A stretch of DNA of 64,000 nucleotides. It comes from Octopus vulgaris (lineage: Eukaryota). The stretch's first letter is position 1. Each line of letters begins with the position of its first letter. Below the pieces are notes generated by a model, which ran no database searches, had not been told where the DNA came from, and saw nothing but the letters and a program-made list of their open reading frames with translations. The DNA lies in the NCBI GenBank assembly GCA_951406725.2, contig OX597814.1:160642001-160706000 (forward strand), written 5' to 3'. Positions 24,501 to 38,562 of this stretch are shown one piece after another. Position numbers and translations under genes: made by a program.

Positions 24501-27500
24501 CCACCTGCAACCGCTCATGGTTCTGATGTTTTAATCTTTGTTACAAAGGACTTTAAATTAAAATGTTCCATCAAAAAGCATATTGATTTCAAAAACCAGT
24601 TCAGTTATTTTTCTAAATTCTTTGTTATTCTCACAATTAAGTGAAACAAAGCAGTGTATTTTAACAGAAATATGATAACAAAAGTATTAAAACTGGAAAT
24701 TGGATGTAAAGTTGAATGATTTTACTTTTTATGTGAATAATGTTTGTATGGCAAACCATGTAGCAAAGAGTGAACATTTGAAATCAAGAAAATTACCTTT
24801 AGTGGGATTTGACAGTTTGAATGAATCTGGCTGGAAAGGATTACATCCCATGACAACCATCCACCCGATTATCGAAACCATTTTGCTTGGACAAGATTTG
24901 AACTGGAATAAAAATAGGATTTTCCTTTTCATTTATTTGAAACTCTTTTGCAAGCATTCTCATATTTTGATTATGGAATGAGATTATTTTTGATAACTTT
25001 ATGGCTTTAAGTAGTTGTAGTGGTACTATATTTTACAACATACTAAACCAAGTACAACTTATCAGTGAGGTATCAATTTTAATGTGAAGTCATTTTTAGT
25101 TATCCGAGTTTATTATAGTGACAACATATTTTGGTAATACAACTGAATGTAATATAATTGTACAATTATATAAATACGATTTAGGAAGAATGTGAATGCA
25201 TTAAAAATTTGCTCAGAGAATACTAATGCCGAAATGGCTTGTATACCATCACCTATAGAGTGCTGCCCCATTCCTTTTACAAAACACAGTAATTCTCAAT
25301 GGCCCAATTCTTTTAGCTATAAATATATCCCATCCATAAACATATCTCACTACTGTAAACAACTAACAACTGATAAGTATTTATAAAGATTTCAGTACTG
25401 AGCAACTAAAATCAAACTGATTCTCTGTTAATGACATGAAAATTGGGGTTTTCAATAAGTCACAGAAGTTTGAAACATTTTTTTTTTTTAACCTACAAGC
25501 AAAAGCAAGAATGATGTAGTAAATAAGTGAAAGGCTATAAAATGAGATATAACAGGCTTAGCTTCAATTCTTCAATAAATAAAACTTCTAATGAAAAGTG
25601 GAGCATTTTTTTGTTGTTACTGCTGTATATGTTTACAACAGTGTGATGGCTTTTTATTGAATGGATTATTTTTAAAGATGTTAACTACTGAATTGTGACA
25701 GTAGGACAGCTATTTTTCAGTGTGGTAAATAAGAGTAAACAGTTATCTACCTTGGTCAGAGATAAGTCTTCACAGCTACCCTGATTTATATTTACTTGTG
25801 TAAAAGTCACACTATTTTATACTTGATTTTAAATGTAAAAAAACTGGGTTGCGATTTATACACAGGATAAAGCTAAAACTATAAAGGGTAAAAATTTTGT
25901 TACCAAGATTTAAGACCAAATAAGGGGCGTGACTTTTACAAAAATACAGTATATCAAAATAAAAAAAGTCCAAAACTAAATTTGATAAAATAACTTACAG
26001 AAGCTCGTTCACTTCCTCGTAAAGATTTTGCTGGATAATAAATTAACGAGGAACCCCACAAGGCAACCCAGTACCGTGTCCATGATGACACCTATAACAA
26101 AGTTTTTAAAAAATGTTTAAATTTAACAAATTGTAACATAAAATTAGTTTTTTTTTTATTCAGTAATTTGAATTAATACTCAATTTGTTATAGTTAACGT
26201 TGTATGAATAACAATCACTTTAAATAACTGGAGAAGGGGAAAGTGATCAATAAAATAATGAAAAAAAAGTGATTTATAAAAAATATATATATAAATACTT
26301 AATGAAGAAGAATGAATGTCAGTAAAGTTTCACTTCAACAATGAAATCTTTAGAAAATATATACTATAACAACATTAAGACTATTGAAAATCTTGCTAGA
26401 CGCAACGAAAATTTTACGAAAATAAAAATAAGTGGAAATTTTACCAGTAAGTGTGTTACATTATAAGGCACGAAAAGAAAATGACTCTCCCCAGACACAA
26501 CAGAGTATGCTTCAACACACGAACTCATATAAAGAATCTTGCAAACCAAATCCAAAAACGAAACATCTAAAGAGACTCCCTAAATTGAATCATTACAACA
26601 ATAATTACTGTGATGCACGACTTACTGAAATAACAAAGACAATGACATAATAAAGTTGTTACAACTAATATACAACTAATTTCATTATTACAGTTTTAGA
26701 GAACGTATTTTCTCTGCTATTTTACTAGAAGTACTTTAGACAGAGCTAAATGAGGGAGATAACTTTGACTATTCTTTTAAGGTCAATGAACTAATAACCA
26801 GTCAAGTATTGCAAGGTTCAGCTAATCAACACTAAAACTTCTTTGGAAAGTTTGTCAACTCATGCAAATTCTAGTGATTATTTTTTAAATATATACGAAA
26901 AAATTTAAAACACAAAACATCACACCATTTATTTTTATTCATACTTATTTTTCTATAGACTCAACTTGTGTGGACGTCGCCCATCTACATTGGGGAAAAC
27001 ATAACTTGGAGTACAAAGGGAGGTAACTCCTAAGAAAATGAAATTTGTTGAGCTAACTTAGAACAAAGATCTCAGCACCAAACAAACGTATACTACAACA
27101 TTCAAATCAGTGAATGCAAATATTTGAAGATTTTGGAGGTTATCTAGTTCCTCTAAACACATTTATAGATGAAAAGAAAGATGAAGAAACTTTCTTTCCA
27201 TCTATGATAATTCTTAAATATATCCAGTCATCTCTAAATTTAACTGTCTCAAAAGTATTTCGTTTTTGGATTTGGTTAGAATATCTCAAAAGTGCTTGCT
27301 TCCTTAAATGTTATATGATATTTATATGAACATATTACAGTTGCTGCAAACACCAAACACTAGCTCGTTTACATTAGAATTATTAAAGATACATCAATTT
27401 TTCTCCAGATATATATTTTTTCTCTTTTTTCCAAAAACTTATTGTTAGCAAGCTATTAAATAAGTAACTATTTTCCAACACAGCATTACAAAATATTTCT

Positions 27501-30500
27501 AAATGCCAAAGTGAAACAAACTCTAAGTCAATAACCAAAACTATGTATATACAATTTCCATTAAAACATAGCAGGAAAAAGCACAAAAATAACCCAAAAC
27601 ATGAGGAATTAATTACATTCAATAGTTAATACCAATATGATTACTTATTCTTTTATTTGTTTCAGTCATTTAACTGCTGCAATGTTGGAGCACCACCTTT
27701 TAGTCAAACAATTCGACCACAGGACATTCTTTGTAAATATAATACATATTCTATCAGTGTCTTTTGCCGAACCACTAAGTTACAGAGATGTAAACACACC
27801 AACATCAGTTGTCAAGCGATGGTGGAGGGACAAACACAGACACACAAACATGTACATGTATGTATATATATATATAAGGCTTCTTTCAGTTTCTGTCAAC
27901 CAAATTCACTCAGAAAGCTTTGGTCGGCACCAGCATATAATAGAAGACACTTGCCCAAGGTGCCATGCAGTGGGACTGAACCTGGAACCATGTGATTGGT
28001 AAGTAAGCTACTCAACACACAGCCACTCCTGTGCCTATGGTTATTCTTTTTGCACACAAATTCAACACTTTAGCAATGAGTCTTATAACATATGAACACA
28101 ACTTACAGTAGGTTTCTTTCCCTCTTTGAGCAACGTTTTACGTCGTAAGCACCCTTCATATGTGAAATTTGTTTCAAATTTATCATGCGTGTCTTCAGAG
28201 CCACGGGTTCTGGAAATTATGAAAATACTTTAAAATTTAATAAAAGACAAAAACAAAATGCAATCTGCAGATTTAATAACTAGAGTAGTAGTTCTTTTTT
28301 TTTTTGTTTTGTAGTCTTCCCCACCAAGTTGTTATGCCTAGCACTCACCTAAGTGGCAAGTAAGGTATCAGGATTAAACTAACATAACATGAATGATTAT
28401 TTATATATTTTACACTAAAAATGGATTGTGTAAGCTTTCAACAGTGAAATGAAAAGAAAATTAGAGAAACAGTTGTAAATTTACTTTATACATTGCAAGT
28501 TAATGACTTCCCTATGCCTGATGAGATCTCATTTTATTTACATAACCATTACTAGTTTTATCATGTATAATATAATTACTACTATAGGTAAAAATTTAGC
28601 ATGTTAATTATGTTACCTCACTGCCCCTAAAGCTTAAAGCCCTCTTCAGCATGCCCAGTGATCTCCTTGGGTGGGAGGTACTGCCCACATTGAAAGCCTC
28701 TGAACTAGAGGGTAATAAGTACAGCCAAACATCACTTACAAGCAGGTATGACTTGGTAACAAAAAACAGGTTTCCGTAACTTGTTTTTGGTACCTAAGAA
28801 GTCACAAACGTATATAGATACCATCTTGGCCCCTTGGCCTTAACTGATAAGAATACCCAGAATGTGACAACAGGAAAGAGAAAGGCTGCACCTACACACT
28901 GGGTGGTACTCAATACAGCTGAGTAGACTGGAGCAATGTAGAATGAAGTACCTTGCTCAAGGCCACAATGTGCAGCCCAGTCACGGAATTAAACCTACAA
29001 CCTTATAATTGTAAGCTAAATACCTATTTCTTTACTACCCACAAGGGGCTAAACACAGAGGGGACAAACAAGGACAGACAAACGGATTAAATCAATTACA
29101 TTGACCCCAGTGCGTAACTGGTACTTAATTTATCAACCCCCGAAAGGATGAAAGGCAAAGTCGACCTCAGAACGTAACGGCAGACGAAATATGGCTATGC
29201 ATTTTGGCCAGTGTTCTAACATTTCTGCCAGCTCACTGCCTTATATAATTGTATGTTAAATACCTTAACCACTAGAGAATAAATATTGCTGCAATAATTA
29301 ATTACATGGGAGCGGTGTTACATTTCAGTTATAAAATCATTAAAACAAAAGGAAAACATTGATGCTAAAACTTTACGTTAAAATAATTAGAACTGTAGAA
29401 AGATGGTAGTAGAGTCTTTATTACAAACAAATTGCTGATTATGAAGCAAAATTGTAATGGTTGCCAATGCTTACCTTTCAATAGCTGGCCAAAAAGAATC
29501 TGGCTCAAGATTACATGTGAATGTGATATCACGATCAAAAGCTACAAGAACAAAAGAGTATATATTAAGAAATAAAGTTTTTCTGAAAATTTGCACAATA
29601 AATTTGTTATATACTGACAGCAAATGAGAAACATTCCATCAATTTTTGTATCTATGTGTATGTGTGAGTGTGTACATGCATGCTTGTGTGTAAAATAATA
29701 TTTAAACAACATGTTATATTTTGGTAAAATACTATATTGTTAGTCAGACGCATTGACTAGATTTAAACAAAAATTGTCATCTTTTGACAAGGGACTAAGC
29801 CTCTCATTGCAGTGAAGGGATAGACTTGATTGAAATCAAGGCTAATATATTATTCATATTTTATTAACCCTAAAAAGATAAAAGGTAAAGTTGACTGCAG
29901 GATATAGAGAAATAAAACTAAATACTTTAGTTCCAACAATTCAATGCTTGATTTAATTAGGCATTGAGAGAAACACTATTAGTCAAAATTATAACAAAAG
30001 AAATTCAGAGTAAGAAATATTTATATGGGAAGCCAAATACGGCTAAAAGCTTAGATCCTAACCAAGTAAAACTGTTAGAAAAAGTTTCTTTTAATGATTT
30101 TGAAATTGTCTTCAAATATTTAAAAATTTATGTGAATGCAGATACGCATTATAAATTCACGTGCAAGGGTGTATATGCCTGCAGGGTAGTTGTAACTGTT
30201 GATATGTGGAGAGGTAAGTACATAACAAATGCGTAGGAAATCAATGCAAGTGTTTGAGACTACCATATTTGCATTCAAATACATATGCGCATACAATGCA
30301 ATATGCTACACAGTGGTGTGTGTGTGTGTGTGTGTGTGTGATAAAATACATAAATTTTAGGAGAACTTAATGGCGAACTTGGAGGAAAATGTATGTGTAC
30401 ATGTTATGGCCATTTGCAACTAAATTCTACAAAATTTAATATTTTAAAAATAACTTACCTGTCAATTTCCCTGACATGGAACCTTCATTCGAGGCACATG

Positions 30501-32668
30501 GTGACTCTTCTAAAACACTGTCATCCAGCAGATGTCGAATGCCTTGCACATATGGTGCAGTAGTGCGTGACGGTAGACTGAAGGCTTTCTCATGAGGGTG
30601 AGTACAGCTCATGAAGCTGTAACACAAATAGGAGCTATGAGGAGGAAAGCAAGGAAAGTGGGGGGTAGTTATGAGAGCAACAGGGTTAAAAATTGGCACC
30701 AGAGCTGTTTTGCACTGGATACTGACTTCATAGACTTACCTGTGACCAATACAAGCAGGTGGAATCAACATTATGACACCATGTCATAGAGAAACCCACC
30801 ATATCAGTCGTTGATAGTTACAATAATGTCAACATTTTAATACAAATAGAGTCAACATATCAAGTGAAAGAAAAAGTCACTATAGTACACCACTATTAGT
30901 CCATATAGAGTGAATCGCCTTAACAACAATCATCATTATATCCATGCTGGCATAGAGTGTGATGATCTGGTCAACCTAAGTCTGTTATTATTCAGAGTTA
31001 CTTCCCTTATAAAAATAAATGAAAAGAGTCGTCCTAAATGGTAAAGTCGCTAGTGTAGCTGGGAGGAGGTATGGGGGATCTTTTCGGTTTGAACGGCAGT
31101 TTTTTCTAGCGGTGTCATATGAAATTGTCACCCGTAATTATGACCCTAGTATCGATCTATTGCATGTCAATCTGTTTTAAGGTTAGGGGTGGGGAGAAGA
31201 GTATCTTTTTTCTTCACAAATGTAAATAAACCCAATCTGTTTCTTAAACGAGGGACATATTCATACGGCACAGAATGTTTTTTTACCTCAATAGACATCA
31301 GTGATTGGTTGAAATTGCAGAAATTGAAGGAAAAAAACAACAAATATCTTACAAACTATAGAATTTTCTCGATAAAGCCAAGAGAAAAAGATGTTTTAAA
31401 AACACATTCTACTAGTATATGAAGTTTTAAATTTTTTAGTTACCTAGAAATTATGTTAAAAACTGCCGTTCAAACCGAAAAGATCCGGTATGGGTGACAC
31501 TTCTGGGTCTATTATAGGCAATGTGTTTTTCGTAGGGGCCAGGGACGGCAAACATAATGGCCGCCTCTAGCGGCACACACTTCAGCTCCCCTAGTGGGTA
31601 CAGCCAATTTTTGGCATGGTATCTATAGTCACGTAACACCAACCACTTTACAGAATGTATTAGAAGCATTTTAAAAAAAGGCAACAGTACTAGAGAGGTT
31701 GTCATGCACTTGGAAAATCTAAAGAGTCCAGTGTATTCTACATTATTGTGACTGTCTGTGAAAGATTGTTGAATTAAGCACTCATTGCTTTCATAAGCAC
31801 ATGAAACATGAGTCTAATTGAAAAGCTGTCAACTATAATATAAACTAACAGCTTCTGGCACCCAATTTCACTTACAAAGAGCTGATTGATGAGACACTAT
31901 GGTAAAAGGCCCTTACCCGATATGTGACAAGGTTATTAAACCAGAGACCTCATGATGGCAAAGCAATATTGTGTACACACACACACACAGTGAAAGAGAG
32001 AGAGGGTCCTGTTAATGCATCTGGATTATCCCATACAAAGTGAACTTAATACTAAATTGATATATATATAGACAGGGAGAACCACCATATATATCTGTGC
32101 TTGCAGGTAAAAGATACTGCATTCTTCCTTTTTTTTTTTTGTCACAATGCTGCAGTTCTTTCCTTACGAAGTAGAGTAGCTAGTCAATGAAATTTATTTC
32201 AGTGTTTCACTGGAACTTATTCCATTTATCTGCTCCTTCCAGAAGTATGGAAATAATTCTTTCAAATATAGGCACACAGCCTGAAATTTTGTGGTAAGAA
32301 GTTAGATTATATTGACTCCAGGGTGTAACTTGTACTTTAACACTCCACCCCACCCCCACCATCATCTTTGCCCAGACGAAAAGCAATGCCGATCCCTTCA
32401 AGATATGAGCTCAGTATGCAAAGATGCTCCAATAATTCTACCAGATAGAAAGATAGATAGATCTATTGGTAATGTAAAAATATTTTTAAATGTTTCTAAG
32501 AAATAGCATTTTAAACAGAAATCACAATGTCACATGTTCAAACTCTTGATTGCTAATTACAAGGCAACAGTAGCAACCAGAAGGCCAATAATGAAAGGTA
32601 TTCCAACCATGACCATCCATCTCTTTTTACCTTTCCAGGCAATGTGTCTAGATCTATATTAATCCAAA

Positions 32669-32718
<50 letters not shown>

Positions 32719-35700
32719 ACATCTAAAAATTGCGGTAGGGTGTGATTTGAGTGAGATTTATTTTGTTACTATTTCTGGCATGAAGGCTCTTTCATTGCAT
32801 AAAACGATTACTAGATATCTGACCATAGTTATGCATATAAATAGTACTAATCAATATAACTGCATGTGTTAATGTAACTCATTACAGGACAAACTATTTA
32901 AGTAACTTAGTGTATTGGAGAATGAAAGTCTATGTTTTATGTGTGAATGCACAAGTGTATACTGGATACAAACTGGTATAAATTCATTATATGTTGAAAG
33001 AAATGAGTTTTGCTTGTAAAGTCCAGCAAATGAGAGTTTTACACTTCTGACCCTCAGTTACCTGATTACTGAAAACCTGAAACTGGTAGTTGTAACTAGA
33101 GAAGTTTTGACATCATCAATATCATCATTTAACATCTGCTTTCCAAGCTGCCATGGGTTAGACAGCTTGACTGGAACTGGTAAGCCGGAAAGCTGCACTA
33201 GGTTCCAATCTGAATTTGGCTTGGTTTCTACAGATGGATGCCCTTCCTAATGCCAACCACTCAAAGTGTAGAGTGTGTGTGTGTGTGTGTGTTTTTGTTG
33301 AAGAACACCACCTCTTTAATGCTACTGACATGATAAAATGATAGTAACAGCACACAAAGTGAGAAGTGCAAGAAGGATGTCCAGTCATAAAGTTAAAAGC
33401 ATGACATACACAAAAAAGGTTGCTGTTTTCTTTTGTTGCTAAGTGTCCCAGGTGATGAGGTAGCAGAACAAGAAATGAAATGGTGTGAGACCAATACAAA
33501 TCATGCCAACATGCCAAAGGTGGTACTCCAGCATGGTTGCAGTCAAATGACTGAAAAGAGTGTGCAAAAAAAAAAAAAAACCAGATGTATGATGATGTTA
33601 ATGTTGTATACAAGACCTATTTTATCACAAACGGAACAGCTCAATAAGGTCTCTGCAATGCTGAAAACTAATCAAAGAATAGTAATCAATTAAACTAATG
33701 AATCAGCCATTATCTGAGGCGTGTCACTGAATGTGGCAGATGGCCAATGAAACTGACTGCTGGATTACCAAAAGAAATGTCAAGGATTTGTTTCTAATCA
33801 CTGATGGCTATACCATGCCCATAATCAATACACTTAACTATCACTCATTCATTCCATCTGCTAGAAAAGAGATACCTGTAGCGTGTACAAACTATTGCTA
33901 TGCATGGGGAGCAGTGCATGACTAACATATGTTTTGTTAGCTAACAGAGCTAAGATCTTGTATGAGCCAGTAGAAAATAATGGCAATCAATCCCAATGTA
34001 CTCTTTAATAAATATTTTAATGGAACATCTGAAATGCGGGAGGGAGTTGAATCAAAAATTCATTTACAACTTAAATGTGGTTTTTTGATGTACATCAACT
34101 ACTGCTCGTTTCAATAATTAAAAGTATTACTTTTTATCCCATAGAGATGCCCTTCTCAAATATAAATATTGGGAAATATTAAAACTAATTTGAGCACTAC
34201 AGCATGAATTTCACTTTATGATATCCAAATGGGTATCTTCAAAAAACTTGTTTGTTCATGTTCGTTATATTACAAATCATTATGTCATCAGTTTATGTCT
34301 ACTTTTCTATATTGGCATAGGTTGGGTAGGTCACTACAGTCCATGTCAGTCCTTATTCAGAGGTCCTGATTTCCTAAGGAAAGGGATCACACACAAAAAA
34401 GAGGAAAGGCAAAAGACAAAAAAAAAAAGAGAGAGAGAGAGAGATTTAGAGCAGACTATATGCTGTTGAGGGAGAAGAGTAAGAAGAACAGAGAAAAGAT
34501 AGATTCCTGATAAAAGAGAGAGACACATAGTAATGCAAACTACACAGAAAGTGAAAAACAAACATATGCAACTAATAGACAAGAGAGCATTATTAAATAC
34601 TGTTCTATTTTTGTCCGTTACTTATGTTTTTATAGTATGACATGGCTGAAATTTTATTTTAATAATAGTAATAGGTAAAACTATTATGTAATATTCGTTT
34701 TCAAATTTTGGCATGAGGCCAGCAATTTCGTGGGAGGGGGTTAAATCAATTACATTGATCCCAGTGTACTCTGAAAGTACGAAAGGCAAAGCTGACCCTG
34801 GCAGAATTTGAACTCAGAACATAAAGACAAATGAAATGCCGCAAAGCGTTTTATCCAACATGCTAACGATTCTGCCAATTCACCATCTTTAAAGCAGAGA
34901 ACAGCGTGTTGGATTGCATCATTATCAAAAGCATGTGGTGTTCCCTTGAATTTAATTTTGTAATATAAAAACAAAACTGATATCAAAATCTTATTTATTG
35001 AAAATGACTTACTTTGCTCCTAAACTTTTACATTTCCGATGTCCTGGATTGAATTTCATTTGAGGAGCAGAACCTGGACTTAAGATGTTTGTACACCTTG
35101 GCTCTGTAGCTGGGGAGGAGGGTAGTGCAGAAACATCTTCACGAGAAGAGGATAAAGGTGACTGGCCTTGACTAGGTGGTTCTAACTTGAGAGATAATCT
35201 GAAAAGAAAACATTTTAAAGCTTCATTAAAATGCATACATAAAAAAGACAAAAAAAAAAACTAAGTAATCAGCAATAATCATGAAAATGTTAGAATTCAT
35301 TTAATTTGTTTAGATTGTATTTTAAACTAAACTTTAAAAAAAACAATCAAAACAAATATGTAGCTCTTAATCAAATAAGAGGTGATGGTGGTAGAATCAG
35401 CAGAGAAGGAGAATGAGGACTATAATGATGATGAACAGGTGTGATGGTGATGATGAATGGGCGTGATGGTGATGAACAGGAATGATTGTGGTAAACAGGA
35501 ATGATGGTGGTGAACAGGAGTGGTGGTGGTAAACAGGAGTGGTGGTGGTGAACAGGAGTGGTGGTGGTGAACAGGAGTGGTGGTGGTGAACAGGAGTGGT
35601 GGTGGTGATGATGATGAACAGGAGTGATGGTGATGAACAGGAGTGATGGTGATGAACGGGGGTGATGGTGATGAACGGGGGGGGGGGGGGTGATGGTGAT

Positions 35701-38480
35701 GAACGGGGGGTGATGGTGATGAACGGGGGGTGACGGTGATGATGAAAGGGAGTGGTGGTGGTGAGGATAATGAACAGGGGTGATGGTGATGAACAGGAGT
35801 GATGGTGATGAACAGGAGTGATGGTGATGAACAGGAGTGATGGTGATGAACAGGAGTGATGGTGATGAACTGGAGTGATGGTGATGAACAGGAGTGATGG
35901 TGATGAACAGGAGTGATGGTGATGAACAGGAGTGATGGTGATGAACAGGAGTGATGGTGATGAACAGGAGTGATGGTGACTATGATGAACTGGAGTGATG
36001 GTGACTATGATGAACTGGAGTGATGGTGACTATGATGAACTGGAGTGATGGTGACGATGATGAACAGAAGTGATGGTGATGATTATAAACAGAAGTGATG
36101 GTGATAATGATGAACAGGAGTGATGGTGATGAACTGGAGTGATGGTGATGATGATGAACTGGAGTGATGGTGACTATGATGAACTGGAGTGATGGTGACT
36201 ATGATGAACTGGAGTGATGGTGACTATGATGAACTGGAGTGATGGTGACTATGATGAACTGGAGTGATGGTGACTATGATGAACTGGAGTGATGGTGACT
36301 ATGATGAACTGGAGTGATGGTGACTATGATGAACTGGAGTGATGGTGACTATGATGAACTGGAGTGATGGTGACTATGATGAACTGGAGTGATGGTGACA
36401 ATGATGAACAGAAGTGATGGTGACGATGATGAACAGAAGTGATGGTGACAATGATGAACAGGAGTGATGGTGATGAACAGGAGTGATGGTGATGAACAGG
36501 AGTGATGGTGATGAACAGGAGTGATGGTGATGAACAGGAGTGATGGTGATGAACAGGAGTGATGGTGATGAACAGGAGTGATGGTGATGAACAGGAGTGA
36601 TGGTGATGAACAGGAGTGATGGTGATGAACTGGAGTGATGGTGATGAACAGGAGTGATGGTGATGAACAGGAGTGATGGTGATGAACAGGAGTGATGGTG
36701 ATGAACAGGAGTGATGGTGATGAACAGGAGTGATGGTGAAGAACAGGAGTGATGGTGATAATGATGAACAGGAGTGATGGTGATGAACAGGAGTGATGAT
36801 GATGAACAGAAGTGATGGTGATGATGATGTTTGACTAAGTGAACCTTCACAAAACATAATCATGATTAAGATCATCCAATCTTTTTCAAACAATGTATTT
36901 CAAACTATATTATTCAATATGTCCCTTTTTAGCCAACACAATATGCTGTGATTTAAGAGGAATTTTGGCTTCTATTTCTAGCAGGTCAAGCTACCATATT
37001 ATCTCATGACTCACTGAAGTTCTACAAGATTGGTGTTCATCATTCGGTTTTAATGAATTTCAGCAAGTGAAACATAATTCACAGGTGGTCTTCTCCTGGC
37101 AAGATGAATAGAACCTAAGTGGACTCTGTAATTGAGAATGAAGTATCTTGGCTGAAATAACAACCAATGTAAGTGATGCAAGCATGACTATGTGGTAAGA
37201 ATTATGCTTACCAAGCACATGGTTTGGGGTCAAGTCCTACTGTGTAGCACCTTGGACAAATGCTTTCTACTACAGCCTAGGGCCAACCAAAGCCTTGTGA
37301 GTGGATTTAGTAGATAGAAACTGAAAGAAATCCATTGTATGCATGTGCGTACATGTGCATGCATGCTTCACTGTTTCTTTGCCCTGGTTTAACATAATAG
37401 TTGTAAACAAAAACAAGTGCTACCATCATGCAAGCAGTGTCCTACATTTTCAATCTTCCATGGAAACATGTCCAGCCATGGGGAAATAATACTTTACTTG
37501 AAAACAGGTGAGGATTAGCAACAGGATGGACATCCAGCCATAGAAAGTACACCTCATCAAATTCTGTTTAACCCTTATGTGCATGGAAATTTAGACATTA
37601 AAACAATGAGCATGCTGAGAGGGTATAAACACATAATCACTACAATCTTAATGATTTCAGCCAGCCATACCCTCTGATGAATGACTACAAAGTAAGAAAA
37701 TAGATCTTTGGGTTTGAGCAGACAAACCTATGATGAAAGGCATTCTAGTTACAAACATCCAGCCTTTCATTCAGACATTCGCATTTTTTTTTTCATCTTA
37801 TTGTAGTTGGGTGTGATTTGAGGGAAATTTAGCTATTTTTTGCAATCTAAGAGTACCCATTTAGAAACTCTTTCATTAAGCCCTTTCTGGAAGTATTCTT
37901 TTTCCCTGATAAATCCCTTCAAAAAAACAATTTTCTCTTCTCCTTATTTGACACTAAAGACAATATCATATACACTTTCTCTGGTGGCTGAAATAGATGC
38001 ACCACATTTTACATCATTTTATACCACATTTCCTACTTAGAACACCACCAAAACCTCAAAACAATCACAAAACTTACATCAGAATATATGATGTCATTTT
38101 GGTAATGACTCACTTAAAACAAGTTTTACTTTCTATTATTATAATTTTATTCACAGCCCGTTAGAAAATAGTGCTAGTGCATGCATATACAGCTGCGTGC
38201 GTGTGCACATACACATGGGTACTGTCCAAATCTCCGACCAATCACATACAGCTAGCTGGCATTCAATTGGCGTATCAAGTTTCAGGAATTTTGATTGGGT
38301 TTTGGATAGAAAATTCACAAAAAAGTCACTTCTAATGATTTTTTAATGGCTTTGCGGGGTGACTGGGGAAATGTAAAGATGTGCACGACCACCCTTGGAC
38401 GGTTTTTAATGACCATAGAAAGTGCACAATTGAAAAATTGTGGATTTGTATAAAGGACACACATGCAGACATTTTGCCGT

Positions 38481-38562
<82 letters not shown>

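Noticed and set aside
27637-28002. 121-aa and 112-aa ORFs, and similar ORFs at 5237, 18602-19109, 47180, 52042 and 55355
   Set aside because: Translations of SINE sequence
36324-36893. 189-aa and 158-aa His/Ser-rich ORFs
   Set aside because: Translation of the 19/25-bp minisatellite; the unit lengths are not multiples of three and all frames cycle through the same peptide
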